A DNA stretch of 64,000 bases from a virus. Location of the stretch: the UHGV virus genome UHGV-0125199. One strand, given 5' to 3'. A program made the translations under genes and the position numbers. Below are positions 47,180 through 56,942 of the stretch, in pieces. The notes beneath the pieces are model-generated. The model had not been told where the DNA came from. It searched no databases and saw only the letters and a program-made list of their open reading frames with translations. Positions within the stretch are counted from its first letter, which is position 1. Every line of letters begins with the position of its first letter.

Positions 47180-50100
47180 TTGCATTTTAATTATGATATA
47201 TACGGAAAGCACGAAAAAACAGTCGCTTACCTTGCCACGCCAAGCAGAGTCATCTTGTGTGCTATAAATGGAATTGATGAATCAACTGGGAGTTTTGAAG
47301 GAGTTTGTAATGATGTGTCTACTATCGCATTTGACGTGAATCGATATATCGAAACTGATGATGGTAAGATGACAGAATCAAATGCGTATAACTGGTTGTC
47401 CAAATATATGAAGATGTATATATCTGGATTAGGCTGGTTTATTATGGATAGCCCGGAAATACATGGAATCGGAACAAAAGAATATAAAAGCATAACGGCG
47501 AATTCCGCTCAAGGAGAGTATGGACAAATACCATTGGACGGATGGAAAGTTAATTGCGGAACAACTGATTCTTTAGAAATGTTGGTAGATGGAAATGTAG
47601 AAGAAATTGAAGGTGTTGAATTTGCAAAGGAACAAATTAAATTCTACAACGAAAAAACTCCTCAATTAAGTCTGGTTAATATTTTAGTAGATAAAGTACC
47701 TGGATGGAAGGTCGGATATATCGATAATATTCCAAAAGAATATGAAACGATTGAAAACGGCGAGGTTAAAAAGAAAATTGTTTACTTAAAAGACGAAATC
47801 GGAACATTCAATATTGATTACAATGATGTGTACAGTTTTATCACACAGGATTTTGAGAAATTTTTTAGCTGTATTGTTGAATTCGATTATAAAAATCTTG
47901 TTGTTAATTTTTATCGTGTAGAGAATTTTGGAGAAGAAACGAACGTCACAATAGGATATCGAAATGTGCAGAACTCACACGATATTACTGTAGATGATGA
48001 AAATGTGTATACAAAATATCGAGTGTCTGGAGCAGATGATTTAGGAATTGAACAATGTAACGGTGGAAGTAACACACTCTTCTATCTCGATCCATTCTGG
48101 CTCAACAATAAATATCTTAGCAATTCTACGATTGAAAAATATAAAGCTTGGTTCAGTTTCTGCGAACAGGCTAGAGTTGACTATTCAAATATGTCTAAAG
48201 AATGGAATACACTTCAGGACAAAATAACTGAAATTTATATTCGCATACCGACCGGAGACTGCGATCCAGATAATTGGCATAGCTTGTCCGATACTGCTCT
48301 CGAAGCTTTAAAAAAGGACTATGAGGCGCAGAAACTTGGATATGAAAAAATATATGTAGACGAGGACGGAAATTTTGATATCGATGCTCTTAATGCATCT
48401 CCCGATGCAAATATGTATCATCAGATTGTGGATACGATTCTTCCTAATATCCAGATTGAATTTGATAATCGAAAATTACCAACATCGGAAGGTGAAAAGG
48501 ATTATATTGAAGACTATGAAACAACATGGAAATATTATGGTATCAATGAACTTGAAGTAAAGTTAAAATCTTATCAAGATCAGGCAAAGTTATTAGCCAA
48601 AAGCCATTATGATTTGACATGGGAAAGGTATCAGGAACTCACAAAAGAAGATCCGGAAAAATATCCGGCTTTAACCGAGGACGGATTTAAAGACAAACAT
48701 GAACTCTATGAAAAAAATGCATATCAAACAGACGAAAATAATTCTGATTCATGTGCTGCTGCTTTAAAAGAGCGTAGAGAAGAAGCTAAAACAGAGGAAG
48801 ATAAACAAAAAAAACTCGGAAAGAAGCGCGCTTCTCTTGGACAAGATATGGCATTAGAATCTTGGACAAGTGATACTCTAGGTGGTTTTGAAAAGGAAGA
48901 ATTGGCGGAGCTTTATCACATAACAAACCCTACTCCATATACGAATGAAAATATATTTGTAGGAAGTCAAGATTCTCTCACAGATATTGTAACTGTACAA
49001 ACAGAATTATGTAGGATTGCAATGGAAGAATTAATGGCATCTTCTGTTCCTCAAACAACATATTCTACTGATGTGGATAATTTACTTTCTGCAATAGGAT
49101 CTGAGCTACACGCTCTGTCTTTAGATTTTGGAAACTTCATTTGGTTAGGAATTCGTGATGACTATTTTGTCAAATTGAGGGTCATGACAATTTCATTTAA
49201 TCCATTTCTTTTTGATAATAATTTTTCTATTACATTCTCCAACATGATAAAGTCCAGATCGAAAAGAAATGACTTTATTTCAATTCTTGGTTCAGGATCA
49301 AACCTTGGTGGATCAGGCGCTCGAAATAATTATGTCGGAAATCTGCAACTTACAGACGATAATATTTATCAAATCTTACAGAAGATACTTCAGTCATCAT
49401 CATTCACTAATAAAGTGCAAAATATTGTAAATGGATCTGGAGGAAGTATTATTGGAGGTTCTGGTGGAAATTACATCACACCAGGAACCCTTGAAGCAGA
49501 AATGATTAAATGTATTAATATACACGCTGAAAATGGATTCTTTCAATATTTACAAGCTGAACTTATTTCTGCTGGACAAATCGTTGCTCAATCTGGTGAT
49601 TTCAAAAAACTTGCTGCTTATGTTGCGAATATTGATAACTTGATCTCCGGTAATGTTTCGGCAGAACTCGGTCACATTATCAATTTGACAGCACAAAATG
49701 TGATAATTGATGAAGCTGTTATTAAAGATTTGATTGCAGCACAGATTACAGTATCAATGTTAAAAGCAGGTACTATTTCTGCAGATAAATTTCAGATTGA
49801 ATCTGATGACGGTGGAATGGCAATTGCAGGAAATACAATGCAATTCAAAGACAAGAACGGAACAGTTCGTATTCAAATAGGAAGAGATTCAAACAATGAT
49901 TTTACGTTCTGTCTGTATGACGAAACTGGAAAAGGTGTTCTTATTGATTCTACTGGAATTAAAGAATCTGCAATTGAAGATGGTTTAATCAAAAATGACA
50001 TGATTGCAGATTCCACAATTGCTAAAGAGAAATTAGCTTTTCAAGCTGTAGAACAAGATAACGATGGGAAAATACATGTGTCTGATGTTGTTATTAATGG

Positions 50101-50482
50101 ACAAGGTATCAACGCATCATTCACTACTATCGAAAACAAATTTTCTAATATGCAAACACAGATTGATGGAATTAAAGTGTCTACTCCGTACACAATGAAT
50201 ATCTATTCCTCTAACGGAACGATGTTCAGACCCGGAATGATAAATACTACTCTCTCACCGACGTTATATCTTGGTCAGAGCAATATTACAGATATGTACG
50301 ATGAGACACATTTTATATGGACAAGACAATCTCCAGATTCTGATGGGGATCATTACTGGAACACAGCACATGCAAACGGAACGAAAGGTTTGCATATTAC
50401 AAACGAAGATGTATTCGGAGGAGCAAGTTTTACTTGTTCCTTTTTTAATGAAGATAAAGAACTCGCAAGAGCAGTTTTTTAA
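47180..50482 (+). CDS. putative tail-associated/baseplate hub protein (Tal-like, 1100 aa)
   Basis: Large ORF immediately after the Dit-like gene, with a start overlapping its stop. C-terminal Gly-rich 'GSGGSIIGGSGG' and a fibre-like region. Confidence 0.45.
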   Translation: MHFNYDIYGKHEKTVAYLATPSRVILCAINGIDESTGSFEGVCNDVSTIAFDVNRYIETDDGKMTESNAYNWLSKYMKMYISGLGWFIMDSPEIHGIGTKEYKSITANSAQGEYGQIPLDGWKVNCGTTDSLEMLVDGNVEEIEGVEFAKEQIKFYNEKTPQLSLVNILVDKVPGWKVGYIDNIPKEYETIENGEVKKKIVYLKDEIGTFNIDYNDVYSFITQDFEKFFSCIVEFDYKNLVVNFYRVENFGEETNVTIGYRNVQNSHDITVDDENVYTKYRVSGADDLGIEQCNGGSNTLFYLDPFWLNNKYLSNSTIEKYKAWFSFCEQARVDYSNMSKEWNTLQDKITEIYIRIPTGDCDPDNWHSLSDTALEALKKDYEAQKLGYEKIYVDEDGNFDIDALNASPDANMYHQIVDTILPNIQIEFDNRKLPTSEGEKDYIEDYETTWKYYGINELEVKLKSYQDQAKLLAKSHYDLTWERYQELTKEDPEKYPALTEDGFKDKHELYEKNAYQTDENNSDSCAAALKERREEAKTEEDKQKKLGKKRASLGQDMALESWTSDTLGGFEKEELAELYHITNPTPYTNENIFVGSQDSLTDIVTVQTELCRIAMEELMASSVPQTTYSTDVDNLLSAIGSELHALSLDFGNFIWLGIRDDYFVKLRVMTISFNPFLFDNNFSITFSNMIKSRSKRNDFISILGSGSNLGGSGARNNYVGNLQLTDDNIYQILQKILQSSSFTNKVQNIVNGSGGSIIGGSGGNYITPGTLEAEMIKCINIHAENGFFQYLQAELISAGQIVAQSGDFKKLAAYVANIDNLISGNVSAELGHIINLTAQNVIIDEAVIKDLIAAQITVSMLKAGTISADKFQIESDDGGMAIAGNTMQFKDKNGTVRIQIGRDSNNDFTFCLYDETGKGVLIDSTGIKESAIEDGLIKNDMIADSTIAKEKLAFQAVEQDNDGKIHVSDVVINGQGINASFTTIENKFSNMQTQIDGIKVSTPYTMNIYSSNGTMFRPGMINTTLSPTLYLGQSNITDMYDETHFIWTRQSPDSDGDHYWNTAHANGTKGLHITNEDVFGGASFTCSFFNEDKELARAVF

Positions 50483-50494
50483 AGGAGGTATTTT

Positions 50495-52984
50495 ATGGCT
50501 TTAGCAAAAGCATATAGTTCTATTACAATTACTGATGCTACAGATGTTGGTCGAATTAGCTTGTATATCACAAGTAGCTTACCACAGACTGTCATCGAAA
50601 ATCCGAATGAAGCTACGACTGTATATACTCCAGATTGGAGTAAAACAAATTTGGTTCTTACACCAATTATGTATTTTAATGATCAACAGCTTACACTGCC
50701 AAAAACAGGTCTTACTGTAACATGGAAAAGACAAGAGGGATCATCTGCTCCAACGGATTTAAAAACAGGAGAAACTGTAAAAGATGGAGTTCTTACAGTT
50801 TCACAGAATTTTCTTGGGACAATTCAAAGCGGAATCCTTACATATATTGCAAATGTACAGTATACAGACCCAAGCACCAATGTAACATTAGAGACACAGG
50901 CTCAGATGACTTTTTCACTGTCTAAGCAAGCAACTGAGGCAAAATATTGTTCAGTTTCTGGAGAGTCTGTATTTTTATATAATTCAAATCAGACTTTAGT
51001 AGGTGTTGATACTATTGTGTTAACTGCTACTTGTACAAACGTAAATATTTCACAGTGGCAATATAAAAATGCAAATGGTTCATTTGTTGCAATGCCAACG
51101 ACAAACAATCCATCCATTAACGGAGCTACTATCAATATTAAAGCATCGGAAAATATTTTATTTAATAATGATGTGGCAGTAATTAAGTTGGTAACAAATG
51201 ATTCATCTGTATATGACTTACATACAATCACAAAAATCAGAGATGGTGCTGCCGGAAACAGTACCGTAGCAGTTGTATTAAGTAACGAAAGTCATACCCT
51301 TCCTTGTAATTCAAGTGGTGTTGTTAATCCAGACACTGGTTATAAAGGAGCAGAAACAACTGTAGGCGTATTTGAAGGTGGTGTTGATGTAACATCTAAA
51401 TGGACTATCAGTGCAGTTCCAAGTGAAGGAATTACAGGTACGTTTGTAGGCAATAAATACACGGTAACAAAAATGGATAATAATATTGATGTTGGTCATG
51501 TTGAATTTTCATGTGTGTCAAAAGCAACAACTTTGAAAAAGAGATTTTCATTAATTAAACAGCGTGCCGGTGTTGATGGGTCTGATGCGGTTATTTATTC
51601 TGTTGAAGCATCTACACTTTCTATGAATCTTGGAAAGAATAATGTATTTGCACCAGCTAATGTAACATTTTCAGGAATGAAGCAAGTTGGAGCAGCAACA
51701 ACACAAACCGTATATAATGGTAGATTTGTTATTTTAGAATCAACGGATGGTTTAAATTTCGGAACAGCTAAATATACATCCTCAACAGATGAGCCTAGTA
51801 AAGTATACACACCGTCCAACACAACTGTAAGAGCAATTAAATGTGAGTTGTATGCGTCAGGTGGAACTACAACAAAATTGGACTCACAGACTGTAATGGT
51901 TACAAGAGACGGTACTGATGGTGGAAATGGTAAACCGGGTGAAGATTCTATTTCTGTAATTATGGGTAATGAAGCAGAGGTCATCCCATGTAATGCAAAT
52001 GGTACTGTTAAGATTTCAAGAGATATCAATATCCCATTTTATGCATATAAGGGATTAAGCAGAGCTGCAGTAACATGCACTCCTGGAACTTTACCATCTG
52101 GAGTTACTGTAAAAACAAACACAGCCGGTACAACATCTAATGATGGATTGCTGATTATAAATGTTCCTGCAGGAAATAACCTCGGTTCTGCTTCTGATTT
52201 ATCAGGAACATTCTCTCTTACTTTCACTGTAGGTGGTGTTTCTGTTGTTAAAAAATTTGGTTGGACAAAGAGTATTCAAGCAACGAATGCGGTACTGTTA
52301 CAGATTTATGCTCCGCAAGGTGATGTAATCGTAAATGGTGGTAATAATGTCGTATTAGAAACTCAACTTTCTGACGGAAGTACAATTATCGCTTCAGGCA
52401 TTACATATAAGTGGGCAAAATTCAAAAGTGGAAATTACGAAATTATTGAGGGGCAGACAACAAGTAAATTAACAGTTACTCCAGTGATGGTAGATTCTCT
52501 CGCTTCATTTAAATGTACAGCGACATATGGCGGGAAAGAATATATTGCATATTGGACTGTGACCGATAAAAATGACCCGCTTGATTTACAAGTGTTATGT
52601 TCTGTAGGTACACAACTTACAAATGAAACAACTTTTGGAGCGGTGTATACTTTAGCATATTTAAATGGAGAAGAAGTTGATCCAATTAAATCAACTACAT
52701 TCTCTACAGAAGCTCCAAAGTCTCCTCATACAGGAGACTTCTATTATCATATTGATAAGGTAAAAAAAGAAGTTGTTCTCAAGAAATATAATGGATCCGC
52801 ATGGGCTGATGCTGTAGAAAGTGATTTACCAACTGGAGTTTATAAGTATTACAGACGGCAAAATGGAGTCGAGCTTGACACAGACAAAGAATGGAAAACA
52901 GGAAAAGTTATTTTTGTCGATAGAGAACTTGTGAATAAGAATCTGGTGATTAATTGCGAGGCAGAAATTTCTTTAACAACATAA
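50495..52984 (+). CDS. tail fibre/receptor-binding-type protein with about 190-aa internal tandem repeats
   Basis: Repeats share 'TFSG…GRF(V/I)I…G..F.T…S…IKC.L.ASG..T.KLD.QTV.V..DG' with ORF 53047. Confidence 0.55.
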   Translation: MALAKAYSSITITDATDVGRISLYITSSLPQTVIENPNEATTVYTPDWSKTNLVLTPIMYFNDQQLTLPKTGLTVTWKRQEGSSAPTDLKTGETVKDGVLTVSQNFLGTIQSGILTYIANVQYTDPSTNVTLETQAQMTFSLSKQATEAKYCSVSGESVFLYNSNQTLVGVDTIVLTATCTNVNISQWQYKNANGSFVAMPTTNNPSINGATINIKASENILFNNDVAVIKLVTNDSSVYDLHTITKIRDGAAGNSTVAVVLSNESHTLPCNSSGVVNPDTGYKGAETTVGVFEGGVDVTSKWTISAVPSEGITGTFVGNKYTVTKMDNNIDVGHVEFSCVSKATTLKKRFSLIKQRAGVDGSDAVIYSVEASTLSMNLGKNNVFAPANVTFSGMKQVGAATTQTVYNGRFVILESTDGLNFGTAKYTSSTDEPSKVYTPSNTTVRAIKCELYASGGTTTKLDSQTVMVTRDGTDGGNGKPGEDSISVIMGNEAEVIPCNANGTVKISRDINIPFYAYKGLSRAAVTCTPGTLPSGVTVKTNTAGTTSNDGLLIINVPAGNNLGSASDLSGTFSLTFTVGGVSVVKKFGWTKSIQATNAVLLQIYAPQGDVIVNGGNNVVLETQLSDGSTIIASGITYKWAKFKSGNYEIIEGQTTSKLTVTPVMVDSLASFKCTATYGGKEYIAYWTVTDKNDPLDLQVLCSVGTQLTNETTFGAVYTLAYLNGEEVDPIKSTTFSTEAPKSPHTGDFYYHIDKVKKEVVLKKYNGSAWADAVESDLPTGVYKYYRRQNGVELDTDKEWKTGKVIFVDRELVNKNLVINCEAEISLTT

Positions 52985-52997
52985 AATTGTCATTCAC

Positions 52998-53028
52998 GGA
53001 GAGTAGGAAGCACTACTCTCCTATTTTA
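52998..53028 (+). terminator. rho-independent terminator
   Basis: GGAGAGTAG-gaagca-CTACTCTCC hairpin followed by TATTTTAAT. Confidence 0.75.
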
Positions 53029-53046
53029 ATATAAGGATGGTGAAAT

Positions 53047-55488
53047 ATGAAAGCATATGGACAAATTACACTAACTGTTGTGAATGATGGCGAACAAGGA
53101 AATCCCGGAACACCCGCATTAAATGTAGTAGTTGCGAATGAATCACAGTCGATCCCATGTACGAATGCAGGACTTGTAAGCAAACAAATGCTGCTTGAAA
53201 TACCTTTCACTGGATATGAAGGCTTTACAAAAATTGCGTGTGAGGTTACAGTTGGTGAATTGCCATCCGGAATATCTCATACCGTTGAAAATGCAACACC
53301 TGAGAAGGACGGAAAAGTTATTTTAAATGTTGCTAAAAATGCAACTCTTGGTGGAGCCGATATTTTGAACGGTGTTATTAATCTAACATTTACGCTAAAA
53401 GGACAGTCTGTTGTAAAACAATTCTCTTGGACAAAAACGAAAGATGGGGCTAATGGTTCTGCGCGAGTATATATGTTACAACCATCTACTTTAATTGTTA
53501 AGAAGCTTTCTGGTGATAAGTTTTCACCAGAAGCTGTTACATTTTCTGGTTTTTATAAAGATGGAAATGCGGCGGCTACAAATGAATATTCGGGTCGTTT
53601 TATCATAGAAAGAAGCATAAATGGAACAACGTTTGAAACAGTATATACCTCTTCAAAAGATGAAGCAATCTCCATATATAAAGTACAAAAAGACGATGCT
53701 GCAATTAAATGTACTTTATGTGCAAGTGGAAGTATTACTAATAAATTGGATTATCAGACTGTTACTGTCTTGAATGACGGAAGCAATACAAATTCTGGAG
53801 GAGTAAATCTTGTAGAAGAAACAAACAGGGGAGATAAAAATTGGCGATGGAATATGGAAGTTGGCGATTATACTACTTCTGCCGAATCTTCAAATAAAAT
53901 AAATTGTGCAAAACTAACGCGAGGGTCTTTGGCACAAACTGGATGGTCTTACATTTTGTATAGTAAAATCATGCCTGAAAAATACAAGCCTAATGAAGAT
54001 TATATGATTTCTTTTGATGTGAAATCTAACGTTACTACTTCTATTAATGCGTATTTATGCGATGAAAACAGTATTAAGAATACCAATGATCTTGGAGAAA
54101 CATATACTGCAATCAAAAATGAGATTGTGAAAGATGAATGGAAACAATGTATTTTTCAGGTGAGAACAAAGAAAGCTATTCCTGATACTAGGCAACAAGT
54201 ACTGTATCTCACTGATATGGATTCAAAACCGAATACATATTATATGTTTAAAAATCTTCAAATTGAACGAGGAACAATTGTTACGGACTGGAAGCCTGCC
54301 CCAGAAGATATTAGTAATGGAATGTCTTCATTGGAAGAAACAATTATTACAAAGATTGGATTAGAGGTCGATAACTTAAATAAAAAGATTAGTGCGAAGG
54401 TTGACCAGACAAAATTCAATCAGTATGTTGGAGAAAATGGAGAAATAATAACAGGCATCAATGATAAAGTAAATGATGTCCAAATTGGATTAGATGGCAT
54501 CAATACAAAAGTAAGCGAAGTTCAATCCACGCTTGACAAGAAAGCTGATGGAAGTACAGTACAAACATTAAGTCAAGAATTTTCTGAATTCAAACAATCG
54601 ACAGAAGGATTTCAACAGACAGTTGTAAAGGACTATGTTACCAAAAAAGGACTTAGCGAAGAATTAAAAAAGAATGCTTCCTTTACTATTTCTCTCACAA
54701 ATGATGACCATACAATCCCAACAGATTCTCAGGGAAATAACGGAAATTATGCAGGGTGCGAAACCATAGTTGCAGCAACATTTGGTTCAGAAGATGTAAC
54801 GAAAGATTGTTCATTTACACAGTCTCCGTCAGAAGGTGTGACAGGAACATGGAATTCTGGCACATTCACGTATACAGTTACAAATATGACAACTGATACT
54901 GGATATGTGGATATTACAGGAAATTATACTGTCACTATTGATGAAAAGCAACAAGTCAAAACCAGTACCAAACGTTTTGTGCTGTCTAAGCGAAAAGATT
55001 CTAATGCAGAAAATGCTATAGTATATATTCTTCAAGCATCTGACACAATCATTAAGAAATTAACTGAAACTACTTTTGATCCTGCAAAAATTACATTCTC
55101 TGCATTTTGTAGAGAAGGAGCATCTGCACAAAAGAAATTTAAAGGTGTGTTTAAGATATCAGAAGCTGAAGGAAATGGCTCTTTCATTGAAAAATATTCA
55201 TCTCAAGTTCTTGAAAATGAAGTTGTATATACTCCAAAATCTAAAAGCGTACAGAAAATACAGTGCATACTTTATAAAGATTTAAACAGGACGGAAGAAT
55301 TAGATAGACATACAATTACTGTTGTGTCAGATGCAACCGTAGATATTGGTTGCAGAAACTTAATCCGTAATTCCAAAACAATGTTGTTTGACGCATACGG
55401 ATTTGTTAATGCTCCGAAAAATATTTACGCAACCGATCAGGACGGTTATAGATTAACAGATGAAAATGGAAATAGACTCATATATTAA
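53047..55488 (+). CDS. tail fibre paralog with the same internal repeats; contains the 'WKPAPEDI' motif
   Basis: Aligns with ORF 50495 over several repeat units. Confidence 0.55.
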   Translation: MKAYGQITLTVVNDGEQGNPGTPALNVVVANESQSIPCTNAGLVSKQMLLEIPFTGYEGFTKIACEVTVGELPSGISHTVENATPEKDGKVILNVAKNATLGGADILNGVINLTFTLKGQSVVKQFSWTKTKDGANGSARVYMLQPSTLIVKKLSGDKFSPEAVTFSGFYKDGNAAATNEYSGRFIIERSINGTTFETVYTSSKDEAISIYKVQKDDAAIKCTLCASGSITNKLDYQTVTVLNDGSNTNSGGVNLVEETNRGDKNWRWNMEVGDYTTSAESSNKINCAKLTRGSLAQTGWSYILYSKIMPEKYKPNEDYMISFDVKSNVTTSINAYLCDENSIKNTNDLGETYTAIKNEIVKDEWKQCIFQVRTKKAIPDTRQQVLYLTDMDSKPNTYYMFKNLQIERGTIVTDWKPAPEDISNGMSSLEETIITKIGLEVDNLNKKISAKVDQTKFNQYVGENGEIITGINDKVNDVQIGLDGINTKVSEVQSTLDKKADGSTVQTLSQEFSEFKQSTEGFQQTVVKDYVTKKGLSEELKKNASFTISLTNDDHTIPTDSQGNNGNYAGCETIVAATFGSEDVTKDCSFTQSPSEGVTGTWNSGTFTYTVTNMTTDTGYVDITGNYTVTIDEKQQVKTSTKRFVLSKRKDSNAENAIVYILQASDTIIKKLTETTFDPAKITFSAFCREGASAQKKFKGVFKISEAEGNGSFIEKYSSQVLENEVVYTPKSKSVQKIQCILYKDLNRTEELDRHTITVVSDATVDIGCRNLIRNSKTMLFDAYGFVNAPKNIYATDQDGYRLTDENGNRLIY

Positions 55489-55500
55489 GGGAGGGAAATT

Positions 55501-56298
55501 ATGGCAGATAAAAAATTAACTGACGTTGATGTGGTGTCCTCTGCGGATGATTCCGATAATTTAATTTTGATTAAGGGAGGTGTTGCAAAAGCGGTTAGAC
55601 AAATTGCTATCTCCTCTCTTAATTTAGGAGGTGGAACATCCGGAACTATTATAGCTGTGGAGCTGCAAAAAACTGGAGATAAAGTACAATGGCGAGCAAA
55701 AATGGAAGATGGACGCTTTAGTAGTTGGAAAGATTTGTTTAGTCTGACGGATGTAAAGGGGAATCCTGGCGATCCTGGAAAAGACGGGACAAGTCCAGTA
55801 ATTTCTATTGGTACAGTTGAAACAGTTGAAAACAACATACCTGCTGCCGTTACTAAAACAGGAACAAGCGCCAGTCCTATCTTTAACTTTAAAATTCCAA
55901 AAGGCAAAAACGGGACAGGTTCTGGTGACGTAACCACAGAAATGCTTAATGCTACAATCAAAACAAATGTAACAGACAAGAATTTCTTACAGCAATCTCA
56001 AGCAGAATCTACTTATTTGAAGATAACTGAAGCAAACAACAAATACCAGACTATTTCTGGAATGTCTAATTATGTGACAAACAGTGCATTGAATAGCAAA
56101 GGATATTTAACACAGTCTACAGCGGATAGTAGGTATATGACACAATCTCAATCCAGTAATTTTCTTACAACTTCTCAGGCATCTAGTACTTATGCCACAA
56201 AAGTAAGTGTTCCTTTTAACTTTGAAGAAATATCACAGGATGACTATGACAGACTTTCTCAAAAAGACAGCAACACAGTTTATATGATTGTGGGGTGA
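55501..56298 (+). CDS. tail fibre-like protein with a short collagen-like stretch 'GNPGDPGKDGTSP'
   Basis: ATG after AAGGGAGGGAAATT. Confidence 0.55.
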   Translation: MADKKLTDVDVVSSADDSDNLILIKGGVAKAVRQIAISSLNLGGGTSGTIIAVELQKTGDKVQWRAKMEDGRFSSWKDLFSLTDVKGNPGDPGKDGTSPVISIGTVETVENNIPAAVTKTGTSASPIFNFKIPKGKNGTGSGDVTTEMLNATIKTNVTDKNFLQQSQAESTYLKITEANNKYQTISGMSNYVTNSALNSKGYLTQSTADSRYMTQSQSSNFLTTSQASSTYATKVSVPFNFEEISQDDYDRLSQKDSNTVYMIVG

Positions 56299-56302
56299 TT
56301 GA

Positions 56303-56929
56303 ATGGGTATGGAAAAGGATGACAACACACTCAATGATGATTATGAGAAGGCAAAAACATGGACTATTACATACAATGCAAATGGTGGAACGAATGCACC
56401 ACCATCCCAGACTGTAAATGTCGGAGAATATATTACGATCACATCGTTAGAGCCTACCAGAAAAGGATATACTTTTTTAGGTTGGTCTACATGGAATGAA
56501 TCGCCAGAACCTGAAGCAATGTTTACGCCGGGATATTCTTATAAGTCTGATTATAATTTAACTTTATATGCAGTGTGGAGGGAAGTACCCAAAAAAACAT
56601 TCACCATTACATATAATAAGAACACTATTGATACCGTTATTGGAATGCCAACAAATCAAACAAAAACAGAAGGAATCGGAATTTCTCTTTCAAAAGAAGT
56701 TCCAGTTAGAAGCGGATATGTATTTGTGCATTGGTCTGAGTCTTCTAGTGATAATGGAATTTCGTATAATCCAGGTGGCACATACACAAAAGACAACAAC
56801 ATGACATTATATGCAATATGGAAACAAGAACATGAAAATATGTACATTGGCTCATCTTCTGTTTCTTCTATATATATAGGTAGTAACAAAGTTTCTGCGA
56901 TGTATATAGGAACAACAAAAATATGGTAA
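56303..56929 (+). CDS. protein with two Listeria-Bacteroides (Flg_new-type) repeat domains
   Basis: Twice: 'T(I/W)TYN.N…G…T……G(Y/y)(T/V)F.(G/H)WS…Y.PG..Y…N.TLYA(V/I)W'. Confidence 0.55.
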   Translation: MGMEKDDNTLNDDYEKAKTWTITYNANGGTNAPPSQTVNVGEYITITSLEPTRKGYTFLGWSTWNESPEPEAMFTPGYSYKSDYNLTLYAVWREVPKKTFTITYNKNTIDTVIGMPTNQTKTEGIGISLSKEVPVRSGYVFVHWSESSSDNGISYNPGGTYTKDNNMTLYAIWKQEHENMYIGSSSVSSIYIGSNKVSAMYIGTTKIW

Positions 56930-56942
56930 AGGAGGCGATATA

